Shown: positions 48,871 through 61,440 of the stretch, one piece after another
Position numbering within the stretch: the first letter of the stretch is position 1
How the letters are laid out: each line of letters begins with the position of its first letter
Assembly (NCBI GenBank): GCA_022813865.1
Contig: JALDZX010000018.1
Location: forward strand, 248,001-312,000
DNA: 64,000 nucleotides
From: Xylographa opegraphella
Lineage: Eukaryota
Reading direction: 5' to 3'
Translations under genes and position numbers: made by a program
Notes under the pieces: model-generated
Told to the model about the DNA's origin: nothing
What the model saw: only the letters and a program-made list of their open reading frames with translations
The model's database searches: none

Positions 48871-50099
48871 AAAGGCGCCGCCTGTCCCACTCCTTCTACA
48901 TGAGTTCTCTCGTGCCCCTGTCAAGGCCCTGCCCTCGTCCCCCCCCCCGGCCACCGTCCCCTGGATCCCTTGCTGGACACCTGGACACTGGCCCAGCAGC
49001 CAATAATCCCCGTAGACTGTCGTTCGTCCAGTGGCACGACTCAATCATCCATGATCCCTTCCCGCCTAGACCGTCAATGGCAATTCTTAGCAAAGCCTTC
49101 GCCGCAGCAGAATTCGGATTATTCCCTATTCTCGGCACTGTGCTAACTTGCCTAGTCGCTGGCCTCTTCCTCGTGAGAAACTCGCGCCTACCTTACTCGG
49201 AGTACATACGGAGTTACGTAGTACGTACTTGTGGTAGAGACGACAATGGTGCGTGCGGATGCCACACGCTAGACCCAGCATCAAACTCCTCCCACCCCAT
49301 CACATCATGTCCCATCTGTCCGTAGCAGTATACTAGTCAATCCGTACTCCGTACACTCCCCCAATCAATTCTCGATCCATCCCCTGGAACACCCTCGCTA
49401 CTTCGTACCCCCCCCCCAAAGGCACTCGACTCTGACCTTAGCCTGGCCCACCGTTCGCCTGCTCTTAATAATCCCGACCGAAACGCCCCTCGTGTCTCCT
49501 CCTTCCCGCTGGTCTTTCCTTTCCACACCACACACACACACTCACACTCGCTCCTGCTTCCTTCCTCCATATCCCCACAGCCCTTGCGCCATATCCCCCC
49601 CAACTTACCCACCACGTACTCCGTACCACCCTTTTTCCTAAGCTTTGCCTAACCTTGCATTATACCCCCCCCTCCGAAAGCCCAGCGCTTTCCATATGCA
49701 CTGGCGGGCTGAAACTTCAATCTGGGATGCAGGCATTCCGCGCGCTTGTCTGACTCCAAACCTTCTCGTTGGCCTCTCCCGGCCGTCAGTCCATGTCCAA
49801 GAACTATGCTCCGGTGAGGCTTGCATGGCCCTGATCTCTGACCGGTCTCGTTTGGATGCCCTGGTCGGGTTCGTGTGTAATCTGTTCTCGTCATGTACCT
49901 TTTTATTCTCCTGTGCAGCCGTGAGATACTGTGGCTTCGTCCGTGCCTGCTTGCCGCTGCGTGATCGTTCCTGCCTATATTCATCATCCCGCCTGCTTCT
50001 CCATACCTCATGACGATTGCCAGTGATCTCGGACCGTCTGTGGATGGTCCCTCTGTTGATTGAACCCGAAAGACGTTCCTCCATTACTGTGAATTCATC

Positions 50100-51431
50100 A
50101 TGTACCACAGTCTCTCGTACGACAATGGCAATGTCCATGAACAACCACTCGACGTCGACGCCATGCTTTTCGATGTCTCCAATAGGATGGCAAGAGCACA
50201 GCTGGCTCGACAGATATCCTCTTCGTCCAGCTTTCGAGAGCGAGCATCGAGGGTGATGAAGCCGAGCAGCGTTGGCAACAGCCCGCAGAACCCGCAACGG
50301 AGAAGAACCGTGACGGCACAGACGACTTCTCGGCGGCGATCCGATATATACAATCAAGCCACCCCGACGCCCCGTCCAGGAGCAGAACCTCAGGCTGGCC
50401 ATCAGTCGTGGTCGATGTCCAATGTGAGGCCTGTGAGTTGGCATCCGTCGTCGATGGGGATCAACCGGTCGAGTGGGAGAGCAACAAGCGCTCGGACATC
50501 CAGCTATGAACCCCATACCAGAAGCTCAATGATCGGCTACCAGACGGTCGCCATGAACGGCTTGCCCACACCAATGACCCAGCCAGACCTGAACGCCAAT
50601 TTCCCCGTCGATCCGTACTTCAGCCTCGATGGCTCCTGCATCCCATATCAACAACAGATCACACAACAGTCACAACAGTCACAACAATCACAACTGCCAA
50701 TGACGATACCTCAAGGGTACGACCCAGCTGGCCTGAGTCTGGATACCTCTTACCCATCCTATGTACCGTCGGACTCATCCTACCACCTCGAATTCCCCAC
50801 CGTACCACTGTCAAACGACTATCCGACCTGCTCACTCATGAGCTATGCCACCCAGACCTGGGCCGAATCCCTTTCCGCCTTCCCTGCCTACACCGCCCCT
50901 CCCACCCCCGACTTCCTCCCGATTCAAAACCCTTCCGACATGTGGCAAGGAGCTCCCACCGCGGTGCAGCCCCGCCTCACCAAGCCCCGCAGCAAAGAGC
51001 TTGTTGGTATGGGCCTCTATGACACCCCTGACCGCAACAGTTTCTCCCCCGACAGCGCGACCGACAGTCACGGTGGCAGCTTCATCGCGGACCCCCATCA
51101 CGAGTCGCTCGGCAAGGGTCTGAAGCTCGAAGAGACGTGGGAGCCCCCAGCGGAGGAAGAGGAAGACGATGAGGATGCGGAGAGCACTGATGAGGAGGAG
51201 AAGGAGGAGGAGGAGGAGCAGGAGGTGGAGGAGCCATCGCCGGTCGGTGCGCCCGAGCAGCTGTGGCAGGCGGAGGCGGTGGGCGCCAAAGTGCACGACG
51301 TGGGGCAGCGGGGCTATGGGGATCTGTCGAATCAGTCGTTCTTCTTTGATGGCGACGATACTGCTTTCGACGGCCCGGCGATGCAGTCGAGTCTGCAGGG
51401 TGTGGCGTTGCAGGATTACATGTGGGTGTGA
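50100..51431 (+). CDS. Disordered hypothetical protein (apparently a conserved Pezizomycotina family)
   Basis: 443-aa intronless ORF with RPVSWHPSS, TAPPTPDFLPIQ, KELVGMGLYD, LGKGLKLEETWEPP, an acidic tract and QQS repeats. Confidence 0.8.
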   Translation: MYHSLSYDNGNVHEQPLDVDAMLFDVSNRMARAQLARQISSSSSFRERASRVMKPSSVGNSPQNPQRRRTVTAQTTSRRRSDIYNQATPTPRPGAEPQAGHQSWSMSNVRPVSWHPSSMGINRSSGRATSARTSSYEPHTRSSMIGYQTVAMNGLPTPMTQPDLNANFPVDPYFSLDGSCIPYQQQITQQSQQSQQSQLPMTIPQGYDPAGLSLDTSYPSYVPSDSSYHLEFPTVPLSNDYPTCSLMSYATQTWAESLSAFPAYTAPPTPDFLPIQNPSDMWQGAPTAVQPRLTKPRSKELVGMGLYDTPDRNSFSPDSATDSHGGSFIADPHHESLGKGLKLEETWEPPAEEEEDDEDAESTDEEEKEEEEEQEVEEPSPVGAPEQLWQAEAVGAKVHDVGQRGYGDLSNQSFFFDGDDTAFDGPAMQSSLQGVALQDYMWV

Positions 51432-52702
51432 TGCGATGGTGCGGTGCGTGGCGATGCACTTGCAGTTGCAAAGGGTGGCCTTGAAGCATTACATGTAGGT
51501 GTCATGCGATGGGGTAGTGGGCAGAGAGAGATAGTGGGCGTTGTGCTGTGGATAGGGGGCGTGGGTGCTGGTGCAGAAATGCACGTGATGGGTTGAGAAT
51601 ATTAATATATATTTTATTACAAGAGAGTTCCCTTCACCTGAGGGTGGTTGCCCGGTCAAGATCGCAGGTTGTTCAGGCTTTGATCCAACTTTACTCGGTT
51701 GGGGAGTCGATCACCAATACGGCGGCTTGTGCCTCGAATGCAGACGTATGTCTGAGCATGCCATCCGATAGGGTCTGGGTTCGAGTCCCAAGCGAGACAA
51801 TTGACCAAAAACATTTAGGGAAAACACCAAGCACCAGCTGAGTTTCATACACACAACACCCCCAAGTATGTTTTGGCATTCTGGACTCTTTAAAAGCTGC
51901 TGACTTTTTTGGGGGGCTTTCTACCTGACATTTGAGGATCTCTACCTTGAGCCTGCGGTCTTCTATGGTGGTTGAAGAGGTGCTGCCCCGAGTCACGTTC
52001 AATTCCCCGCTAGTGGCGGATTTATACATCTACGAGCCTACATGTGGTCCATGCCCCATAATCCCTGTTAATTCATTCTGTATCTGCCTACGAGGGAAAG
52101 ATTAATGTTGACTCATGATTTTGCTTTAATTGATACTATGTGCCATTACAATTGCCATCTGCGGGACTCGATGTGCATGACTTGCCAGGATGGCTCGTGG
52201 ATACCACGATCCGGGAGGTATGGTGTTGAGGCTCTGATGCCAAGCTTTCGCGCTCCCGCTTATCCTATGGCCCTTCGCGCAGATCACCCGCCGAGATCCC
52301 TGCACGCTCGTCATAATTTCAGAATTCACCTTCGGCGTCGAGAATCTTCGTCGTCGAGACTCACACCTTCGGCGGCGACATTCACCGCTGGCAGAACGCA
52401 GTGGTTTGCCTTTCCATTCTTCTTCACAGCGACTCTAATTACGGTTTGTGCTGCAATGGCCTGCTGGCTATAAGACTGCCTGCCTGCACCCGGAACTGCT
52501 TCATTTGGGACTGCATGCCTCCAAACTATCTACATCAGAACTGCTTGCACGGGAGTTGTTGCTCTGAACCTACTTGCGTCGGGACTGTTTCTATTCTTTC
52601 AAAACTGCTTGAACTGGAATTGTTTGTAGGGACCTGATTGCACTGAGCTTGTTTGCACGGAACTGGTGTCCCTTGCAATTGTGATATCAGTCTGGTTGAA
52701 AT

Positions 52703-54265
52703 ATGGCTCGTCAAGTTCTCAACTTTCATCCATGGGACGAGAAAGATGTTTTGGAAGCGCTGCGAATCAAATTCTATCCGCCGAAATCCTATGTAGGACC
52801 CGATTTGCGGAAAGATGCGTGCGCCGAGGTTTGTAAAATCTAAAATCGTTTCATCTATCTCATCATTTTGTTACTCACTCCCTGAACTCAGGTTGCGATG
52901 TGGAAGATGAAGAGACCCATCCCCGATGATATTGAATCAACGGGTCTACTCACTGAAGCCGTCCTAAACGATCAGCCGGACACCGTCTCATCCGAGGCTA
53001 TGGAGTTGATGTACAGTGCAGCTTTCTCTCGGTACAATACCCTCTGTCGTGGTTGTAGACTCATGAGCTAACATTCAACAGCTTTGTCACTCTACTGGTA
53101 GATGGCTATCGGCAAAAACGGAAGCACCAGGAGAACATGTATGATGTTGGCGTGAACATTGGACTTCCCAAGCGCTTCGTTGAGCTTCGCCATGAGATCA
53201 ACCACGGGAAGATGCCAACTTTAGCAACTTTGCGCACATATACACAGCAGGCTCTAAACTGGCTCCACCATGATTATTGGAAGCACTTGGGCGCCACAAA
53301 GGCGAGGAAATTTGAAGATTCTGATCCGACAGAGGCCTTCCGTCTGACGATTGACCATGATTTGGCTCAACATCGTGTAACATGTCTTCATGCGATCAAT
53401 TCCCGGGTACCTCCTATGAAGGCGGCCACCGAGATGAAACATTCGGCAGATAAAATATGCAGCAAAGTCGTCAAATTGTGTCAAAATGATATTGCAAAGT
53501 TACAGGTAGTGATTGGAACATTGCTCGAGCTTGGTATGCTGATACCTGTCGGCAAGAAGTATGTATATTCTTGTTTTCAGTATATGGTTATGAGTTGATT
53601 TTGATATTTATAGGGCTGGTAGCAGCATGACGAATATGTTTCGTGTCTGGGACACTCTGTTGTGGGCCATCAGCAGCAGACAGGTTAACTTCCTACACGA
53701 ATTAACTGCTAAAATGACTGAACGACTGGTTCCTGCGTTGTCGCCGCAAATAAAGAACGACGTGGAGCGCGAGGGTATTGGGCAATGGCTTCTATATATA
53801 TATACTGATGGCCGCTGGGCCAAGGCCCGAAATGCCGCGCACCTCAAGGTTACAGTACTGATGGCCGCCTGCCTGGCCAATCCTTGCTTCTGGACTTTAC
53901 ATGTGGCACTGGCTGTTATTACTAAGAAGGCCTGGAAAAAGTATCGCCCATTGTACGAGAAGATGATTCTCGATGCCATGGAGGCCGACGAAGGTTCAAT
54001 TGCCGAAGCTGAGGATGCAAATGCCATGGATACTACAGATGGCAACGACAACGAACCCGCTGAAGAGTCAGAGGCCGCCGTGGTGAACAACGATACGCCG
54101 CCTGCGTATGGGCTTGATACCGTGGTGGCGGCACTTCTGGACCTGGAGGAGGATGGCGAAGAGCGAGTAGGAGCGGCGGAGGCGCCCTCCGCATTGACAT
54201 ATACGCTCTGCCTACGGACCATGACCAACCCATGGTACACGGCGCCGGTCGGCACATTCAAGTAG
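52703..54265 (+). CDS. LAS1: Las1 HEPN pre-rRNA endonuclease
   Basis: PW motif, IESTGLLTEA, YSAAFSR|FVTLLVD, IGLPKRFVELRHEINHGKMP (RxxxxH), ALNWLHHDYW. Three introns. Confidence 0.85.
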
Positions 54266-54490
54266 GAGCAGGGCACGGTGCGGGGCGGTATATCATGATC
54301 TTGTCTGTTTATAGCATTGGGCGGAAGATACCCCAGCATGGATTGGCAGTTTTTGTTTGTTTTTTACACGTGCCACTTACACGCGTGGAGAGGTGGTGAT
54401 TAGATAAGACGTTTCGACGTCATTAGGACGATCTCGAAAGTCCTGACCAGTTGCTCATACTACCAGACTTAGACTACGGTGTTGCGACAA

Positions 54491-55821
54491 ATGCAATTGC
54501 AGCGAATTCTCAGACCATTCATCGGGCAGCGAACAGTTACAATCACCGCGAGTGTATGTCCGAAGGTTGATGTGTTGCCGCGATACTCCCAATGACATGA
54601 AATAGCTTGCTCTAATACGCGCGATGCATATCCAATCGATACCTATGTGTATGCTACACAAACCTATGACACTGTGATGATTGCGTTGAATAACTTGGCC
54701 TGACGTACAGGGGAGGGGAGCAGCAACAACTACGCATACTTGGTGGTTGACGACAAGACCAACGACGCAGTGATCATAGACCCCGCGAACCCTCCAGAGT
54801 GTGGCCGACCGGGGCTCAAACGGCTTGGGATCAGCTAACAGTATCATGCAGGGTAACGCCGGTTTTGAAACAGCAAATTGACTCGGGGAAAATCAACCTC
54901 ACTTCCATAATCAACACACACCAGTAAGTATCCTCCAACCCAATGGAAAAAGGGGTGCGTCGAGGCCTAACGTGTGCGCAGCCACTGGGATCACGCAGGT
55001 GGAAACTCTAAGATCGTGAGTTCTGCAAATCAATCCGACTGGACTGGCGCTCACTGGTCTGCAGCTCGAGCAATTCAAAGGCCTCCCGGTCATAGGTGGG
55101 AAGCAGTGCGAGGCGGTCACCACGACACCAAAGGATGGGGAGACGTTCAAGATCGGAGAGGGCATCACGGTGAAGGCGCTCTACACACCATGTCATACAC
55201 AGGATAGTATTTGCTGGTACATGGAAGATGGGGACGAGAAGGTGGTGTTTACTGGGGATACACTGTTCATTGGAGGTGCGTTGTATGGGCACACACATTT
55301 GTGGTACCTTAATTGGGCTGACGGAGCTTCAGGATGTGGGAGATTCTTCGAAGGAACACCGGCAGAGATGAACACGGCGCTGAATAAGACGCTCGCCGCC
55401 TTGCCGGATGACACAAAGGTCTACGTAAGGAATCTTTGGGAGCTGAAAGCTGAGAGGGGTGCTCATATCGGGTAGCCTGGACACGAATACACGAAGACGA
55501 ATGTCAAATTCCTCACCACAGTGCTGAAGACCGAGCCAGTCATGAAGCTGCAGTCGTTCGCGGAGAACAACAAGGAAACACAAGGGAAATTCACGATTGG
55601 GGATGAAAAGGTGGGGTATTCTGGCGTAAGACCCACAGTCGAGTTTGCTGACGGTGAGATAGACATATAATGTTTTCATGCGGCTGGATGTGAGTTGTTA
55701 CTATGCGAAATATGAATGCCAGAGCTGATATGTGCAGGATCCGACGGTGCAAAAGGCGACGGGGAAAATGGACCCGGTGGACGTGATGGGGAAGCTGAGG
55801 GAGATGAAGAATAGCATGTGA
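54491..55821 (+). CDS. GLO2: Hydroxyacylglutathione hydrolase (glyoxalase II); core starts at ATG 54624
   Basis: NNYAYLVVD, THHHWDHAGGN, TPCHTQDSIC, FTGDTLFIGGCGRFFEG, PGHEYT, NVFMRL. Nine introns including an upstream presequence exon. Confidence 0.92.
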
Positions 55822-56142
55822 ATAGTAATATCCATCTTCGGTCTGGTCGCATTATACATTGGCTAATCATGATCTGCTGCTTTCAGGCCTCCAGATCCGA
55901 GACCAAGACTGTGAATGGATGAGCGCCATACTCTGTTGTATTCACGGAACGGGATAGATAGAAGCAAAAGCGAGTGAATTCGTTTCCAACAATGCAGATA
56001 TGCAGGCTGCGTCAGCATGACGTCCTGCGAGGAACCTCACATTGGCAAACTGCTTCTAAAGTGACATTTCATGCCTGTCAGATCACCCATATCAAATCAA
56101 CTGATTAAAACCCGAAATTCAGAACCTACAAGCCAGACCATC

Positions 56143-57266
56143 ATGGAGGAGCAAGTCCCGAACATCACCAACGGCGCGGCAGGAGACCCGCGCTCCACCA
56201 CTAGCACCGTCCTCGAAACAGCCGCGGCAGCCACGCAGGTCGCACTCGCTCCCCTCCACCCAAGCATGGGGTAGCACCGCAACCCACTGCTCCCACAGCT
56301 AACCGCCTGGCCACCACAGGACTTCAGCCCCGTCAAAGCCATCTGCGCGCACCTCAACGCCTTTCACGTCTACGCCTCCGACCCCTCCCGCTGCGTCGAG
56401 GCCAACCACTACTGCACGCACCTGAACGAAGGCTCGTCTTCTCCCCACGCACCTCATCCGCCCCACCCCCCCCCTTTTCCCCTTCCCTAACAACTTACCC
56501 ATCACTAACCCCACCCTTCTCCCGCACAGACATCCGCCAGTGCCTGATCTACGACGCCCCGGACAAAGGCGCCCGCCTCATCGGTGTCGAGTACATGGTT
56601 TCGCCGCGCCTCTTCGCCACCCTGCCGCCGGCGGAGCGCCGCTTGTGGCACTCGCATGTCTACGAGGTCAAGTCCGGGATGCTGATCATGCCGCAGCCGG
56701 CGCTGGTGCCGCGCGCGGGGTGGGAGCGCGCGGAGACGCTGGAGATGGAGCAGGTGGTCGGCTTGTATGGGAAGACGTACCATTTTTGGCAGGTGGATCG
56801 TGGAGGTAGGTGCGAGGAGGATTTTGTTTTGTGGGGGGGGCGGTTCTTTGTGCTTTGATTTGGTACTGGGGGTGGGGCGTGGAGCTGGCTTGTTTTCTTA
56901 TTTTTTTTTTCTTGGCTCGGCTGGTGGTAATTGGGCTGGTTTTGTTGTGGGGTGATTTGTTTAATGTACCTGGTGCTGATCGTGGGGATTCAACAGACGT
57001 GGTGCCGATGGGGGCGCCGGAGCTGATGATGAGTTTTACGGCTGAGGAGCAGTTGGCCGATAAGGCGCATCTGGTGAAGGAGAGGGACAAGAGGTTCGCC
57101 ACCGATTGGGGCCATAAGCGGGAGATTAGGAAGGGGATCGAGGAGCCGACGATTGAGGCTGGTGAGTTGGCGTACGTGGTTAGTGAGCGGAGTTTCATGT
57201 GACTGATGTTTGTGTTGGGCAGACGCAGATCAGGTGTGGAAGGGAGGGCGGGATGGGAACTATTGA
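56143..57266 (+). CDS. DUF1264 / oil-body-associated-protein-like
   Basis: [57 protein letters not shown]. Four introns, one of them GC-AG. Confidence 0.9.
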
Positions 57267-58307
57267 GGAGAAGAAAGGGTGTGGAGACGGATTGGGGGAT
57301 GGGGGGCGGGGGTGAACGTCTTCACGGACTGATGCGGATGTAGAGGATTGGATACGGTAGACTAGTCAAGAGGGATTTTCCATAAATCTCCAAATCTCCC
57401 CCCCTCTCTCCATTGGGGAAAACATCAGCCCGTTCTGCAGATTGCCAAACCACTTCTGCTCATTTGAAAATGTCTCCCCCTGACAAACCCCGTGCTCCAG
57501 CATACCGGCTACCCAGTAAGTAGCTCAACGCAGGACCCAGTCGGCCTACCAAGGGGACTCTCCGCATCGCGTGGTGGAAGCGGGAGATTTTGGGGGGAGG
57601 GAGGGGTCGATCTTGCTTCGCTTTCTACACCTGCGCATCCTTGGGGGTTGGAGATGGCAGGCTCTAGCTATTTGGGAGCTGGGGGGGGGTGCGGTATGTA
57701 TGCTTGGATGGCTTGGACTGGTGCTTTGTGGGGCTTTGGTGGGTGTGCCGAGGTAGTGATGGGTTGGGACGTTTCGTGCATGTGGTAGGCTTTCTGGAGT
57801 GTTAGAAATCGGTCTGCTGGGACCAACGTTATTTTTTCTGTATGATTGTATAGCTGTTTTTAGCTATAGTGCTCGATCGAAGTCGTTCTGGCTTCTGAGG
57901 TCACCACGAAGATATAGATCGACAAGCCTTGACAGAGTTTTCCTGTCAGGATTCTTACTTCACACATATATATCCCGCTTCTATCGTCAAACGTAGCCTT
58001 GAAGTGAACAAGCCGGCTGTCGAAGACAAAAAATCCCCAGCTTCAGCACTAAGCCACCCTAGCGCAGGGCTAGCCGAAGTCTTGGCGCCCACAGCATAGC
58101 GAGCCATGAAACATCGTTGTGGAAGCAAAGATATCAACCACTAACGATTCGACCACACGCCTGCGCCAAATCCCAGACGTATCGTTGTTGTAAGTAGAGA
58201 ATAGCTGTGATTATTGATTAGAGGCGGGTGAGAGACGGATGCTAATCGTGCAACCGCTCTATAGGTGACCCTTTCTCCCACCTCACCACCAACAATACAC
58301 AACAACC

Positions 58308-58680
58308 ATGTCTCACGAATCAGTCTGGTATTCGCGCCCGCGCACCTACGGGAAGGGCAGTCGATCCTGGTATGTCTTCCTGGTGCTCTTAAGCCATCCA
58401 TCAAACGGTGCCGAGATGTACGGCCTGCAACATTCACCCACCTCTACACACCTCTTTGCTATCACGCATCTATAGAACTACGACAGGGGCACATGCTAAC
58501 ACCTGACTCTCGCCCCACAGCCGCGTCTGCACCCACACCGCCGGTCTGATCCGCAAGTACGGCTTGAACATCTGCCGTCAGTGCTTCCGGGAAAAATCGA
58601 CGGACATCGGATTCATCAAGGTATGGGATACGTGAGATGGCAGAGACGAGCGAGCGCTAAGTCGTTGATAGCATCGGTGA
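58308..58680 (+). CDS. RPS29: 40S ribosomal protein S29 (uS14)
   Basis: [56 protein letters not shown]. Introns 58370-58520 and 58621-58671; absent from the ORF track. Confidence 0.97.
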
Positions 58681-59344
58681 ATGGAGACGTGGGTGTATGA
58701 AATGGAAAAAGAGGGAAGGATGGGGGAATATGGTGGCAGAAATGGACGAGATGGAGGGTGGAACGCTTGATTGCATAGCGGTGCCTGGCTCGCCTGGGAC
58801 TGCGGGGGGTAGATAGACCGAATGAGCTATGGATTTTGCCGTGCGGTACTCGACATGGCTTATTTTCTGGGATCTGATTGTGTTGCGCCCCCCGTGAAAT
58901 ACTTGCGTGCTCTTTGGAGTTCGATTGTCTTGTCGTGAATATAATCAGGAGCCACCCCGATCCATGATCTTCTGGGATAGGGTGTTCGAAGCCCGTCATC
59001 GGGAGCAAACGAAGCTTACTCAATACAGGAACTGGAGCTGACATATAATCCCAGTGACCAGTGCCGTCCCAGGAATCTAGGAGAAGAACGCTGTGATATA
59101 TGGGTGGCCCGCTGGCTTTCAAGAACGTTGCTGTGCGAAGACTTCTGGGCAAGACGTTGGATGCATGTAGTCGGAAGACTCTTTCAAGCATTATTGATTA
59201 TTTCCTGTACTTCTACTGGCCTAGAGCCTCCGGTACCTCCTACGTACACGACTGACCGGGCTACCTAACCCGGGTGCCTGAGTCCTGCAGCATAGATGAC
59301 AGCCACCTTATATAGTACAGCTTACACCATTCCTCATTCCATCT

Positions 59345-61440
59345 TCACTCCTCCCTCGTCCGCCTTTTCTTTCTCTCGTCTTCTCCGTGTCCAGCTCCAC
59401 TACCACTACTGGGTACATACCGATCGATCTCAACATATCGATGCTTCTCTTCGCCATAACGTCCCTTCTCATCGCCATAGCGTCTCTTGTCGTCGCCATA
59501 TCTTCCCTTGTCGTCCCTTCCACTGTCCCTTTCTCGTTCACGTCCTTCCCGATGATGTTTCCTCTCTCCTCCACCGTCCCTATCCCTGTCCCTGTCCCTG
59601 TCCCTAACGCTTCCTGCGGGCACATACCGGTCAATCTCCACTGGACTCTTCCTTCCAGAGACCCTCTTCTCCCCATCATGGTATCCTTTACTCCTTCTCG
59701 AGCTTCTTGACCTTTCGTACTTTCGTCTATCGCGGGTTGGACTTCTTGACCGGCTATGATGTCTCCGGTGCGAGTAGCTTTGCTCTCCGTCCGAGTCCCT
59801 CCGATAGTGATGGCTCCGTTCTCGTTCCGAGCCACGTTCCTTTGTCCGGCCATGAGAGCGGCTCCGACTCCGGCTGCGGCTTCGACTGCGGGCTCGGCCT
59901 TCTTTGGCGGCACGCTTGTAAGCTTCTGCTTCGCGCTCCCGTTTGGCGACCGCTTGGGCTTTCCATGCTTCTTTGGCTTCAGCATCGAGCACACGGCGTT
60001 CCGAGTGCCGTGGTCGTGAGTATGAGCGCGAACGGCTTCGATATCGTACGGAACCGTATTTAGATTGACGGTCGGGGGTGCTGCTGCGCGAGCGCGGAGC
60101 TCGCTTGTATGAGCTAGAGGGTGCTTCGACAATGTGTTTGGAGGGCTTGAGCTCAGGCTTTGACGGGGAGTGTAAATCGTCTTTGTGTTTGGGGGTGGAG
60201 AGGTCCGAGGCTCTCATCTTGATTCCCTGTCCGCGGCGGGGTGGCGGCTCAAGGGATTCGGAACGCTCAACTTCCGTTTTGGGAGCGGATTTTGAAGCGA
60301 GCTCACGGCCTTCCTTAAGGAGAAGCTCCAGAGCAGCTTCTTCTAGGGCTTTCTCATCGACAGCGGGTACATGCGTTGCGAAAGTTTCGCGTTCGCGTGA
60401 ACGGCTGGGAGAACGGCGAAGGTGGGAGTCGTCACCAGCCCATGGTATTTCATCAGTCTCCTGGCGTCTCGATCGGTGTCTGTCTCGGTCCCTCTCTCTA
60501 TCATGTTCCCGATCTCGATCACGCTCTCGCTCTCGCTCTCGCTCCCGATCCCGACTTCGGCTTCGGCTTCTTAGCCGTTCTCTTTCCTTGATTCTCTCCT
60601 TCTCTCGTTCCTCTTCCTCCTTCCGACGGCGTTCATATCGTTCCAGTCGTTCGGCTTGACGCTCTTCCTCCGCCTTTTCCGCTGCCAGCCGCTCAGCTTC
60701 GCGTTCCAACTTCCTCTTTTCTGCCTTTGCTTCTTCCTGCCTTCTTCTTTCGTCCACACTACGAAGCTTGTCAAGTTCCAGCTTTTTCAGCCTCTCTTCC
60801 TCTCTCAATTTCTCCTTTTCTTCCTCCCTACGCCTTTTCGACTCTTCTTGCCTTCTGGTCCTCTCACGAATCTCTCGTTTTCGTGCGACTTCCTGCGCAT
60901 ACTCCTCCTCAGTCTTGCTCCCTCGCTTCTCTTCTTCTAGAGCTACGTCTTCCCCAACTTCTACCCTTCTTATATCCCTAGCGGCCAATTCTAGTTTTCT
61001 TATGTGCTCGGCGATCAACGCGTCGATATTGGATTCGACAGTCTTGTAAATTGTACTTCTATCAACAGCTCCTTCTATGAGCGTAGCGGCTTTACCTCGA
61101 TCGCGAGAAAGTAAGGAGGGCTCACGGTCGACCTCGGTTTCAGCAAGATCGGTTAGAGACGTAGTGAAGGCAGTCTTAGCATCCTATAGTAACATTAAGA
61201 TCCAACCGTAGCAGGCTTCGCTTGGATACCGATAGAACTAACGCTTCCTGTGTATCGCGACCATACTAGTTTCCTCAATGAATCAAATTCTCCCTTCTTC
61301 TTGATCGTATGTAACAGGCTGTCAATGGATGAACGCTGTGCGGCATTGAGTGGGAGATCAGATGTTCTGATCTTTTTTCGCTGTGGGAGGATTGAGTCTT
61401 CCACTGGCTGTTTACTGGCTGCAGCAATCTCAGTCGACAT
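59345..61440 (-). CDS. BOD1/Shg1 (COMPASS) domain protein with long RE/RD/RS-rich tail
   Basis: IKKKGEFDSLRKLVW|..DREPSLLSRDRGKAATLIEGAVDRS; RS/RD dipeptide repeats, VEIDRYVP twice. One intron at ~61184-61242. Confidence 0.78.

Noticed and set aside
51724..51799. tRNA-like 3' half (TGGG-TTCGAGT-CCCA) with partial acceptor pairing
   Set aside because: D and anticodon arms do not pair and there is no A-box. Cannot be called a tRNA without tRNAscan-SE; a relic is not excluded.
55822..55866. Hydrophobic in-frame extension after the glyoxalase II stop (IVISIFGLVALYIG)
   Set aside because: Too short for a TM anchor, no PTS1 and no readthrough context; shows such extensions arise by chance.
59308..60940. 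Long alternative-frame and antisense ORFs over the Shg1-domain gene
   Set aside because: Explained by low-complexity RS/RE/RD coding that lacks stops in other frames.
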